Shown: in pieces, positions 32,226 to 43,000 of the stretch | How the letters are laid out: each line of letters starts with the position of its first letter | Numbering within the stretch: the first letter of the stretch is position 1 | Origin: Candidatus Thorarchaeota archaeon | GTDB lineage: Archaea > Asgardarchaeota > Thorarchaeia > Thorarchaeales > Thorarchaeaceae | Direction of reading: 5' to 3' | Length of the DNA: 64,000 nt | Assembly (NCBI GenBank): GCA_963726195.1 | Contig: CAVSBO010000003.1 | Span: 320,001-384,000 of the forward strand | Notes under the pieces: generated by a model | Databases searched by the model: none | What the model was told of the DNA's origin: nothing | What the model saw: only the letters and a program-made list of their open reading frames with translations | Program-made: the position numbers and the translations under genes

Positions 32226-32252
32226 CCTAGGCGGCTTGTTCGACCGCCTAGG
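32226..32252. terminator. Hairpin between convergent genes
   Basis: cctaggcgg-N9-ccgcctagg perfect 9-bp stem. Confidence 0.6.
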
Positions 32253-32265
32253 TTTCACCTGTTTC

Positions 32266-35200
32266 TTAGTCTAGTTCAATGCCCAAGCTATCGAGAAGGG
32301 CCTTGAAATCTGCCTTTGACAAGGACTTTGCTTGGTCGAGTATGATGTCTACTTCCTCAGGAGCCATTCCTTTCTTCTGAAGCTTCGCCTTCAGCTCTTC
32401 CATGTCGCTGGGCTTGGCTCCGAATAACTCCTTCTCAGGCTTGACGCTAGGCTTCCCAGCAGCCTTCTCTGCAAGGGCCTCAGCTCGTCGTGCTTGCTCC
32501 TGAGCTATGACTTCATGGAGGAAGCCAGGCCTCTCGCTCGGCTTCATCCTTGCCAGGTCAGAACGGAAAGCATCGATTTCTTGAGCACCCAAGCCGGTTA
32601 TCGAAGCTAGTTGATCTAGAAGGTCGTTGACCTCAGGAACTACAATCACAATTGGTTCTGGAGCGATATCCTCTGCTTGCTTCTCAATTCCAATGGGTTT
32701 CAATTCCTTGTTCACGATTGCGAGGACGCTATCCGCTCGGGACCGCACCACGGCTCGCCGTGGAACCTTGCCGCGTCGGAGAGAACTAATCATGCGATTC
32801 ATGACACGCACGAGTTTCGGCACGCTCCAGACTCTGACATAGAGCCCGACGAGAGCTGCACCTAGGATCAGAGCGGCTCCGCCAATGAGACTTACCCTCT
32901 GATAGAACACCTGCTCCTGTGAAGTGTCGGACCTGACAGCAAACACGAGTACTTTCGTAGCATATTGCCCTCTTGAGAACTGGATGGTGATATGGAATGT
33001 GCCACCAGCGTTGATTCCAAAGTAGAGCAAGTATGTGCCGTTGTCAAGTTGCCTAGTCTGGTCAGCAAAGAAAGTGATGTTGCCGCCCTCCGTCGTGACA
33101 AGTGGTACCACGCCTGTAATTACTGCACCGTGATCCACGTCATAGTATGTTACAGGTATGACTATTGTCGCTCCGGGCACAGTTCGGATCGTAGTGTTTG
33201 CTGTCCTGAGCTCTGTGTTCACCTGTCTTACTGTGAGGTCAAGGGTAAACGATTCGATTTGGTAGATTGATGTGGCAAATGCTATCTCAATATGGTAGAG
33301 ATTCAGAGGCAGAGTTCCAGCAATGTCGAGTCTGTAGCTACCGTTTGTCATCTGGACTAGCGGAATCTCGCCAATTCCTGACCAGTATGATATTCCGTTG
33401 AGCCCTGAAACCGTCTGGTTGTTCAGCGTATTCACGACAGTAAACACAACTGAGGCGGTGTCATTCACAGGAAGAGATAGGGAGCTTGTCCCACGTATCT
33501 CAGCTGGCATCGCAAGTATTATGATGCTGACTTGAGTTGTCGCGGATGCATAGTTGCTCTTGGCAAGAGCAACACTCATTTGATATAGTCGAGGATTCAG
33601 CAAGGAGAGCCTAGTTGCGATGTAATAGCTTCCGTTGCCGAGGTCAGTAACGTTCGCAACACCACCTGCCCAACCTGCAGAGACTGTGGCGCCTACTATC
33701 TGCGCACCTGTGATGCTATCATTGTAGTAGACTGTGAACCAAATGATATCGCCATAGTACCCAACTCGTGTCAGCGGCTTGCCATTGGCATCAGTCGGCC
33801 TAGGCAGTATGTTCGCTATCACTGTTCTGGTAGCAGTGGCATAGCCGAGCTTGGTGGCGGTAACTCGCAGGTACAATGTCTCTGCTGCGAGCGAGGTCGT
33901 GTTGAATGTCACCCAATAGGACCCGTTTAGAAGGTCCCTGAATTGGCCTGTCAGGTTTCCAAGCACGTACGTTACATTGGCTCCTGTGAGCAAGCCGCCA
34001 TGGTATGTGTCGTTGTATGTAACCGAGATTGTAAGGTTGCTCCGATACACGACTGTGACTGAGGTTGCGCCGCCCGCCATTCGCAAGGCAGTGGGAACTG
34101 GTGCGACATTAATCCCAATGGAGAGGTCTAGGAATATGTGGTCAGTCTCGAAAGCTCTCAATGTGGCAGGATAGCTGCCTATGTTGAGACCGCTGAGGTT
34201 GACACTCGCCACATAGAAGCCAGGCGTTCCGTTGTAGACTAGTGCGCGAATCTTGTTGTTCCATTCTAATGTAACATTGTTGGCAATCACTGGCCTATTG
34301 GTAACCGTGTCGTTCAGGTAGACCCAGAACGAACCAGTAGTTCCGGTGACTATATTGTATGTAGACTGTGAGGGCATAATCTGACCGTTTGCCCTAAACA
34401 CGATTAGCACGAAAGACTGAGTGCGTGTCTGATAGTACTGCCTCGAAACGGACACCTGCGGCTGATGGTAACCGTAGTGTTTAGCTGATGTATCAAGGTT
34501 CAGCTGATATGTTCCGTTACCCAAGTCTGAGAACACATATAGAGTTCCGTTCCACAGGAGAGTAGCGTTCATGTGCGGAACATAAGTCGAGTACAGTGTC
34601 TCGCGAACACTCATTTGAATTAGAACGTGCTGCCCCCAATCCGCATAGTACGTACTCTGTCCGAGCAGTATGATTACTGTCGTCGACCCTGGCTGAGCTG
34701 TGACATTGATCGCGGATGTCTGATACAATGCCTTGACTGCTGTAATCGTAAACGGGTAGGCTTGAGCTACTAGTGCTGAGGTATTGAGTGTGATTCTGTA
34801 CACTCCACCTCCTATCTCTGCCCATGCGTAGCTTCGACCGTACCTACTCTGCCAATCACAACTTATGACAGCTCCTGCCAACGGCAGATTGTGGTCGAAG
34901 TCGGAGAGTGTGACGTTGAGAATGAACGGACTACCTACTGGCCGTGTCCCAGCAGGCGGCAAAGACGAAAGCAGAGAGGTCTGGACTAGGCGTATAACAG
35001 CAGGGACATTGTTTGTGGTTCTGTTCGCGTAGTGGTTCGCTGCACCCGTCTTGTAAACTGTGAGATTGAAGTAGAAGGTCCCAATCGATCCAAATTGCAC
35101 CGAAGGGACGAGTATGCGGTAAGCACCTCCTCCAAGCGAAACGAAGTAGTAGGTCAGAGATGTCTTGTTGCTGGATGTGAGAGTTGCTGAAGCACCTGCA

Positions 35201-38200
35201 ATGCCGGCTCCGGTTGTGTAGTCTGTATAATCAAAGTTCAGAGTAATATTGTCGAAGTACGGTGTATCAGGTACAAGTGGGAACAGTATCTGTGTGGGGC
35301 GCTCGACAGTTGTTGCGTACGTCGTTGTGCTCTTGGGAGCATAGTATGGGACACTAGTGCTCCTGTTGATAGACAACTGAATGGTCATGCTAGTGACAAG
35401 GTTCACTGCGTCAAGAAATGTCGAGTTAAATCTAATCTCATAATAGGCACCGTAGTTCGTCAACACGTAGTTGGCCGAAGTGAGTACATAAGCACCGCCC
35501 AGAACAATGGTGATGTTGTTCTTTGTGATGGCTATGTTCGAGCTTGTGATGAAGTCGATGTATTCAAACCTGAAGACCACAAACTCCTTGAATGGAGTGT
35601 CGCCGGGTGTCTGCGTCATAAGTATCTGAGTAGCTCTCTGTGTGACCTGTGAATTGACGTTTCTTGTCGAGAGCATATAGAACGGTGAACCTGCGCGAGA
35701 GACAGTCACACCAATAACATACTTGCCTATATGCCCAAGAGCCACGCTACTAATTCTGATTTGGTAGACCCCTTGGCCTTGATACGTTACCCAGTAGTTG
35801 CTGTTCTGCACAAGTGACGACGTGGAGTTAGAGCAAGCCAACGAGACCGAAGCGCCAGATATGCCTGTACTAGTTGTGTCATCAGTGTAAGTCACTGTGA
35901 ATGTCACATTCTCAAGGTAGGCTGTCGGATCCGGAGTGGCGTATCCAAGCTGTGTCGAACGCTTAAGGACTGACAAGCTGACGAAATCGACTGCATTGCT
36001 CACATAATTCGAACCCGTGTAGACTATGGTAGCGTTGAGCACGAACGTACCGTCTGACACAAAGGCTGAAGTGTCGAGAGTCAGCTGGTAGCCACCGTTT
36101 CCAAGGAAGAGTACCGTGTAGTGTCCCGAGAGAGTGGCATTGAGTGTCAGGGTTCCGGTCATTCCAGATGAGGATCCGGATATTAGGTCGGTGTACAGGA
36201 ACTGGATTATCACACTGTTTGCGTACTGAGGCGGAGTGAATGGCTGGTTTGTGAGCTGACTGCTTCTCAGAATCACTGTGACAACGAAGGCTTTGCTGCC
36301 CACCGATGCATAGAAGGGCGCGCCTGTCCAAGTCATGTTGAGATGCAGAGTGTAGGAGCCGATGCCTCCGAGACTGTGCGTATCAATGGTGATGTTGAAC
36401 AATCGTTGAGCAGAAATGTAGGTCAATGAATAGGAGACCGTGCCTTCATTCAGCCGCACCGTGAGATTGCTAGGAGAATTGGGAATGCGACTTGCAGTCA
36501 ACGTATCATAGAAGCTAAATGTGAAAACTGCGTATTGCCCGTATGGAGTAGATTGGATGGGGTTCGGATCGATATAGGTTGATCTCTGAATGGCCGTGAG
36601 GGTCACGGTCATCGTGTTGTTTTCATAGAGAGGCGACTGACCACTCTTCCACAGGAAGTCAAGCTGGAATACGAACGATCCGCACTTCCCAAAGAGGGAG
36701 CTATTCAATGCAAAGCTGTAGACGCCGCCACCCAGTCCCACCACCTTGAATTTGGCTTGTGTGACACTGTGACCACCGGTGAGGGCTGTTATCTTGAGAT
36801 GTACGTAGCCAGATGTGTTGGAAATACCTGTTCCATTCAAGACATCCCAGTAGACTGCTGTGAATGTCAGATTCTGAAGATAATAGGTGGCGCTCGGTGC
36901 TTGCTGAAGGTACAGATCGGTGGTCGTGCCCGAAACTCTCACTGCCGTACTAATGGATTTGCCATAGTAGGTAACGACAGGTCCCGTCCAGCTAACTGCA
37001 ATCGTGAGATTCTTCCAGCCAATTGAGCCCCACTGGCGCGCCATCGCTGTTATGTTGTAGTGACCCACGCCTAGGGTGTCAGCCACCATTGTGAACTTGA
37101 AGTTGGTGACGCCCGGCGCCGACACGACAATGTGGACATAGCCGCTTCCGTTAGAGATGCCGACCCCGAGGTCAGTATCCTGATAATAGACTAGGATATC
37201 TATCAGCTGGCCGTACGCGGTCTGGCTCAATGGTTGGTCCAGCGTAAATAGTGTGTTGTGAGAACGCACCTGAACGCCCACAGTAAAGGTGTGATTCTGA
37301 TAGAGGTAACGTTCAACCTTGAACAAAACGGTGTAATAGTAGTTGGGCGCTGTAAGAGGGTCACTCAACATAGTGAACACGGTGATCCTGTACACACCAG
37401 GGGAAACTTCTGCAACTGTGTAGTTTGTGTCTCCGTGCGAATGGAATGTTGTCCAATTGCAGCTAATTGAACTGCTCGAACCAGTGACAGGGTTGTTATT
37501 CTCGTCGGTCCAAGTTAGGTTAAAGTTAGCTGACTGCCCAACAGGTATTGAGAGCTGATTTGCGGAGTAAGCAATGTTGTTGTACACGCTTCTTACGTCA
37601 ACAAACATTACCATCATCTGAGTCAGGACGAATTGTGCTTTCGCTGTAATGTTCAGAGCGTTCCTGCCAATTCCATACCCGGTGGTGTTTAGCGTCATCT
37701 TATAGAAACCCAAGCCCAACGAAGTGACCTGATACGGCTTGGTCCAGTTGCACTTGATAACGGCGCCCGTGATGCCAGTGCCGTTCACGTTCTTGAAGCT
37801 CACAGTGAACGATTGATCATAGCCAATCGGGCCCGAAATGCCTGGATATTGAGGAGACTGTAACGTTGCCGCGTAGTTCACGTTCATGTAGAGAGTCGCC
37901 GTGGCATTATCATAGCGTGAACAAGTCCACTTCAGCTGCATTGTGTAACGCCCAGCATGCGTCAGACCTGAAGTGTCGATGACCTTCGTGTATTGTCCGT
38001 TTCCGCTGTCGTCGAAAGTAACAGTGCCAAGCGTCCAGGTCAACGTGAGCGTTCCACCCGCAACAACTACCTTGCTGTCGGTGTCGTTTGCCTTTATCAC
38101 GACTAGTACAAGAGCGCCGTAAGTTGCATTAGTAACCCAAGTAGTCTGAGCATCTGATGGGTACAGAATTGAGATTTTGGAAGAATGAGTTACTGTGAAA

Positions 38201-40038
38201 GGTCTCTTGAAGAATCCAGTGGACTGCCATTTGCCGCTGCTGCCCACGTCGTTCGTACTGGCTTGAATCATCCAAGCACCTGCAGTCGCGTTGGTACCTG
38301 CGAAAGTAAGGGACTTGCTGGTTGCATAGCCTGTGGCATTAGCAGTAGCATTGCCACTGTACCACTTTGATCCAGATGGGCCGTAGATAGTGATATTGAC
38401 TACCGAATTTGCGTAAGAGGCTCCAACATAGGCGCGGACTTTTGTGACGTTTCCGGCTCTGAGATTGACGGTCGCCTTCCAAGTAGAGTCCTTAGGATCC
38501 AACATCTGGATGTTCGTAATCATGTTCGCAGACTGGCTGAGGATTCGCCAGTAGCCATATCTGCCTGCGTCGGTAGCATCCTTGTATGCAGACACGTTCA
38601 CGTAACCTTGACCGATTTGTCCACCGTTCCATCCCGATGGATATGTGAGATTTGTCGAAGGAGCGAGTGGTGCGCCGACGAAGTAGACACGTCTGTTTGA
38701 TGGAATAGTCTCGTTGAAGAAGTACTTGTTGGAGTATCCTGTGGGGATATTCGCATAGAAGAAAGTTGTGTAGTAAGCCTGAGAGCCGTTCTGAATAGCG
38801 AAGCTCTGACCGTAATCAGTGGGACTAATATCAAACACGGTAAGCGTGTTAAGTCGTCGCGCGTAGAAGTTGATTGCGACATCGAACTGCACGATTATGT
38901 TAAGGTTTGGAGCAGGAGTCGCAGGCACTGGAGCCCAAGTGAAGTTCATCCGTACGGGATTGGTTCTCCACGGGGTTCCGGGAGATTGTGTGATTGTGCC
39001 CGCTCCATAACCTGTGCTGTTGACCACAGCAACACCGTTCATCTTGAGATTAACATTGGTAGGAGCAGCTTTTGTCACCAGATACAACTGAATGTTGTCG
39101 AGCTTGGCATGAGGCCTAATATTCGGGGTGTAGCCTACGGCCACCTTGCTCAACAATCCTGCTTCAAGCCACACATTTTGTACGGAAGGCAGATTGAACG
39201 TGTATGCAGGTATGAAAACCATACCGCTGTTATACCAAGTCCGCTCCGCACCGATTGAATCGAATACAATCTCCCAGATAGCTGTGCTCTGGCTTCTCAC
39301 ATACAGCGAGAACGATCCAGTCATGCCATAGTGAGTGTTGTCTCTGGTTTCTGCCCAGTAGTCCAGAGTCAAGCCGGCCCACACAACTGTTCCACGCGTA
39401 ATTGGCACGGTCTGGTTCACCCAAGCCTTGTCGCCTGAATCGTAGTTGTAGACTGGGCCGCCTCCGGTCGAGTTGATCTCCAACTCAACCGCTCCATTGC
39501 CCGTTCCGTGGCCTGTCGCGTTGTATGTACAATACGGATTGCTGCTGCCGCCCGCCCCTGTTGTACCGAGAGTCCAGTTACCACTACCGCACTTTGTGCT
39601 GAAATCGTAGTTCTTGAACCACGTGCGATTCTCAGTCAGACTTGAAACACTGACAACAGCCTTGTATGCTTCCCAGCCGCTTCCAGTGGGTACACTCACA
39701 CTTGAATTAGCCGTGGTACCGTTCGAGAAGTGCTTCACAGTCACGCTTGAATAGCTGTTAGTGCTATTCCCGAACTCGCCCGTATTGCTGCCAGTGAACG
39801 GCGCAGAGTATCCGTCCCATTCAGTCCATCCTTGATCAGTCAAGACAAACCTGTGCAACTCCTCGTCAGGGCCTATTGGAGGAATGCCGTTGACATTCGG
39901 ACCAACCTGTGTCGCTGATCCTGTCTGGCCACCGCCCAACGGCGCAGCAAGCATTCCAAGTGCGCCCGGCGAGAACATCTGAATCATTATGGCTATCACA
40001 AACAGTGCAAACGGCACAAGCTTCTTCATACGGCTCAT
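32266..40038 (-). CDS. Giant (2590 aa) type I membrane surface glycoprotein with tandem Ig-like repeats and helical cytoplasmic tail
   Basis: Signal peptide; ~100-aa beta-rich repeats with G.G.Y motif; many NxS/T sequons; TM helix; ~180-aa charged tail. Confidence 0.88.
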   Translation of the reverse strand: MSRMKKLVPFALFVIAIMIQMFSPGALGMLAAPLGGGQTGSATQVGPNVNGIPPIGPDEELHRFVLTDQGWTEWDGYSAPFTGSNTGEFGNSTNSYSSVTVKHFSNGTTANSSVSVPTGSGWEAYKAVVSVSSLTENRTWFKNYDFSTKCGSGNWTLGTTGAGGSSNPYCTYNATGHGTGNGAVELEINSTGGGPVYNYDSGDKAWVNQTVPITRGTVVWAGLTLDYWAETRDNTHYGMTGSFSLYVRSQSTAIWEIVFDSIGAERTWYNSGMVFIPAYTFNLPSVQNVWLEAGLLSKVAVGYTPNIRPHAKLDNIQLYLVTKAAPTNVNLKMNGVAVVNSTGYGAGTITQSPGTPWRTNPVRMNFTWAPVPATPAPNLNIIVQFDVAINFYARRLNTLTVFDISPTDYGQSFAIQNGSQAYYTTFFYANIPTGYSNKYFFNETIPSNRRVYFVGAPLAPSTNLTYPSGWNGGQIGQGYVNVSAYKDATDAGRYGYWRILSQSANMITNIQMLDPKDSTWKATVNLRAGNVTKVRAYVGASYANSVVNITIYGPSGSKWYSGNATANATGYATSKSLTFAGTNATAGAWMIQASTNDVGSSGKWQSTGFFKRPFTVTHSSKISILYPSDAQTTWVTNATYGALVLVVIKANDTDSKVVVAGGTLTLTWTLGTVTFDDSGNGQYTKVIDTSGLTHAGRYTMQLKWTCSRYDNATATLYMNVNYAATLQSPQYPGISGPIGYDQSFTVSFKNVNGTGITGAVIKCNWTKPYQVTSLGLGFYKMTLNTTGYGIGRNALNITAKAQFVLTQMMVMFVDVRSVYNNIAYSANQLSIPVGQSANFNLTWTDENNNPVTGSSSSISCNWTTFHSHGDTNYTVAEVSPGVYRITVFTMLSDPLTAPNYYYTVLFKVERYLYQNHTFTVGVQVRSHNTLFTLDQPLSQTAYGQLIDILVYYQDTDLGVGISNGSGYVHIVVSAPGVTNFKFTMVADTLGVGHYNITAMARQWGSIGWKNLTIAVSWTGPVVTYYGKSISTAVRVSGTTTDLYLQQAPSATYYLQNLTFTAVYWDVLNGTGISNTSGYVHLKITALTGGHSVTQAKFKVVGLGGGVYSFALNSSLFGKCGSFVFQLDFLWKSGQSPLYENNTMTVTLTAIQRSTYIDPNPIQSTPYGQYAVFTFSFYDTLTASRIPNSPSNLTVRLNEGTVSYSLTYISAQRLFNITIDTHSLGGIGSYTLHLNMTWTGAPFYASVGSKAFVVTVILRSSQLTNQPFTPPQYANSVIIQFLYTDLISGSSSGMTGTLTLNATLSGHYTVLFLGNGGYQLTLDTSAFVSDGTFVLNATIVYTGSNYVSNAVDFVSLSVLKRSTQLGYATPDPTAYLENVTFTVTYTDDTTSTGISGASVSLACSNSTSSLVQNSNYWVTYQGQGVYQIRISSVALGHIGKYVIGVTVSRAGSPFYMLSTRNVNSQVTQRATQILMTQTPGDTPFKEFVVFRFEYIDFITSSNIAITKNNITIVLGGAYVLTSANYVLTNYGAYYEIRFNSTFLDAVNLVTSMTIQLSINRSTSVPYYAPKSTTTYATTVERPTQILFPLVPDTPYFDNITLNFDYTDYTTGAGIAGASATLTSSNKTSLTYYFVSLGGGAYRILVPSVQFGSIGTFYFNLTVYKTGAANHYANRTTNNVPAVIRLVQTSLLSSLPPAGTRPVGSPFILNVTLSDFDHNLPLAGAVISCDWQSRYGRSYAWAEIGGGVYRITLNTSALVAQAYPFTITAVKALYQTSAINVTAQPGSTTVIILLGQSTYYADWGQHVLIQMSVRETLYSTYVPHMNATLLWNGTLYVFSDLGNGTYQLNLDTSAKHYGYHQPQVSVSRQYYQTRTQSFVLIVFRANGQIMPSQSTYNIVTGTTGSFWVYLNDTVTNRPVIANNVTLEWNNKIRALVYNGTPGFYVASVNLSGLNIGSYPATLRAFETDHIFLDLSIGINVAPVPTALRMAGGATSVTVVYRSNLTISVTYNDTYHGGLLTGANVTYVLGNLTGQFRDLLNGSYWVTFNTTSLAAETLYLRVTATKLGYATATRTVIANILPRPTDANGKPLTRVGYYGDIIWFTVYYNDSITGAQIVGATVSAGWAGGVANVTDLGNGSYYIATRLSLLNPRLYQMSVALAKSNYASATTQVSIIILAMPAEIRGTSSLSLPVNDTASVVFTVVNTLNNQTVSGLNGISYWSGIGEIPLVQMTNGSYRLDIAGTLPLNLYHIEIAFATSIYQIESFTLDLTVRQVNTELRTANTTIRTVPGATIVIPVTYYDVDHGAVITGVVPLVTTEGGNITFFADQTRQLDNGTYLLYFGINAGGTFHITIQFSRGQYATKVLVFAVRSDTSQEQVFYQRVSLIGGAALILGAALVGLYVRVWSVPKLVRVMNRMISSLRRGKVPRRAVVRSRADSVLAIVNKELKPIGIEKQAEDIAPEPIVIVVPEVNDLLDQLASITGLGAQEIDAFRSDLARMKPSERPGFLHEVIAQEQARRAEALAEKAAGKPSVKPEKELFGAKPSDMEELKAKLQKKGMAPEEVDIILDQAKSLSKADFKALLDSLGIELD

Positions 40039-43000
40039 AACTTCTCGCCTCCAATCTGATCCAGCAGGGCATCTATCTCTGCTTTTGTGAGATTCCTGGC
40101 TTGTTCAATCATGATATCGGCTTCGCTCTCTTCTATTCCCATCTCGATGAGCCGCTCACGGAGTTGCTTCAGCTCGCTCTCTGTGAGCTTCCTCTCAAGA
40201 TGTTCAACTGCCTTGCCGGGCATCGCTGCCTTCTCAGCTTCGACGAGTTCGCGTGCTCTGCGGGCACGTTCCTGCCTCAGCACTTCACTTACAAATCCGG
40301 CCCTTTCGCTAGGTCTCATCTTTTCTAGGTCCTGTTTCAGCACTGCGACGTCACTTTCGCTGAGGCCAACCACTTGGGCCAGCTCAGTCAGCAGCTTCTC
40401 GACATCAAGGATTGAGATATCTACTGTGGACAGACTGACATCCTCAAGACTCTTTGAAACTCCAATCTCAGCGAGTTCATCGTTCATTAGGTCCAGCAAC
40501 ATCTCTCTTCTGTCCCTGACTGCTGCCGGGCGTGGAATGTCGCCCTTGCTCAGCTTCCCGACCATCGACCTAATTCGTCTCAGCATGGGGGGTACTGACA
40601 GTACCTTGACGTACAAGGCCCCAAACGCGGCGATGAGTATCAACGCCAATGAGCCGTAAGTGAATGCAGTAACCAACATTGCCTGCTGGGGCGAGATGAG
40701 AGAGTAGATCACGGTCGAGTACACAGCTGTGGCATAGTCTGCCTTGTCGAAATGCACCTCCAGACTCAGATCGCCAGCCTGAGGCGCATTGAAAGCGAGC
40801 ACATATGTGCCGTTGCCAAAGTCTAGACTCTGGCTAGACACATAGTAGAGATCCGTCCCGGGTGTGCTGTTGTAAGCACTTGCTATCGGCTTATTGTGGT
40901 CGACATCCCAATAGGTCAGCCGAACCACGAAGGTGTCTCCTGCAAAGATGGTCGTTGGCGGCGGCACAACCACGAGCTGAGTCAGCTATCTTTCTAATTG
41001 TAAGATAAAGAACAAACTCTGCGTGACTGTAGTTGCCTCTGGAGAACTGAATGTGAACCACATACGGCGTGTTTCTCACTTCGAGTCGAGCGATTCCCGA
41101 CTCAATCGCTCCAAATTCATAGGACCCATTGCCAAGATTAGTCAGGGATGCGACACCAAACTCCCAAACTGCTGTGGCAGTAGCATCAGTCAGTAGGTGA
41201 TTGTTGAGCGTGTCGTTGAATCGGAAAAGCTGCCTGTAGTCGTCGCCTACCGGTACCGAGACTGTCTGCGTGCCCATGACTGCAGTCGGAATGGGCCTCA
41301 CGATGAGCTTCACTACGGTGAAGGCATAGTCGTATCGTGACCTATGCATGGAGATGTAGACATCGTGGCTGACAGCTCCTGCAGTCAGCAGCCTTGTATC
41401 TATGACCAAGGAGTAGTTGCCGTTCTTCAGATCAGTAACGGTTCCTCCAAACGATTCGAGGGTGAACTGACCTGTTCCATTCACAATCGGCTGGTTGTTG
41501 TGAGAATCCCAGTAGGCAAACAAGAACGTTACATTCCTGCCGTAGTAGCCTTCCTGCAGTGGACTAGACAAGACCAAGATAGTTGTGGGAACTTGGGTAA
41601 TTGTAACAGTGAGCTGGATTGAAGATGGAGAGTAACCAGTCTTAACGCCGGATACTGTCAGCACCCAATCACGAATGTCGCTTGTGCCCGTGGGAACGCT
41701 AGCTGAGTAGTACCCTCCACCAATGTCAGAAAGATTACCCACATGAGCTCCCAAGCTGTCAGCTTAGCATGCCACCAGTCACTGATTCGTTCAAGGCTGT
41801 ATTGTTCAGGTACACTGTGACGTTCAAATGGTCTCCTGACACGATCGTGTAGACCGTGTGGCCCAGGTAAGCCTTGAGTTCCGTCGGGATTTCTGTGATT
41901 TCAATTGTCACCTGGAAACTCACTGTCGCGTAGTTGTCGGATGATGCAACGACAAGGATTTGGTGAGTACCTACTGGAGCTCCGTTGACAACAGACTCGG
42001 CAACGTACATTGAGCCATTCCATGTCAGTATTCCCGAACCTCCGACCCAGCCGTACGTTAGATGACCAAACCTGATCGGAGTGCTATTGGACTGGATGAG
42101 GTACCGAGCAGTAATAGTAAGACCGTGCCCGTTGACAGTGATTGTGGGGTTAATCCCACCAGACGTCGTTGCTCCGACTTTGGCGATTCTAATCTGAAAG
42201 CCCTGAGAGCGGGTTTCATAGTTCGTAAGAATGAATGAAACCGTCATCGTATACTCGCCGGAAACGTACTGCCCGGTGAGCACAGTGCATCGGTATCTCC
42301 CGCCACCAATACCAGACATAACGTAAGTGTGAGAAGAGAGAGTTAGATTGACGCTTGCTCCGGATATGGGAGTCCCTGTCCTAAAGTCGGTAATGTTCAC
42401 TTCAATGATGACGGTATCACCCCACGTTGGAGCAACAGGGGTCGTTTGCAGAACGATGCTCACAGGCGTGGGAGATAGAACAATGTCAGCGATGATAGTC
42501 TGGTTCACGTAAAGGTACTTCGAAGCGCTGATAGCAAAACTGTACAGCCCGGCATTCAGACTTGCAGTCGTTATGCTAAGCCTGTACACTCCATTGCCCA
42601 TGAAAGTGATAGTCGCACTAGTTGAGTATCGAAGCGTCCAATTGGTACTGACAGAGGCACCGTTTATGCCGGCACCCGTCGAGATCGGCCTGAATGTGAT
42701 ATTCCCCACAACGGTGTCGCCCAAGTAATGGAGAGAACCGATTGGGAGATCAAATGAGAGAACTGTGGAAACCGGGTTGACCGCTACGTTGAATGCTATG
42801 CCAGTTACGTTCTGATAGTACGGCAGGCCAGTCCAAGTCAGGTTGGCCAGGAAGTAGTACCTTCCTAGCGATGGCAGGAGAGTTGTGTTGACACTCACTA
42901 GGTAGGTGCCATCGCCCATGCTGATTCCCCAACCCTGCACGGAAGTCTTGTTCAAACACTTGAATTTCAGGACGGCGCCAGCTATCCCTGTGCCCTTGAG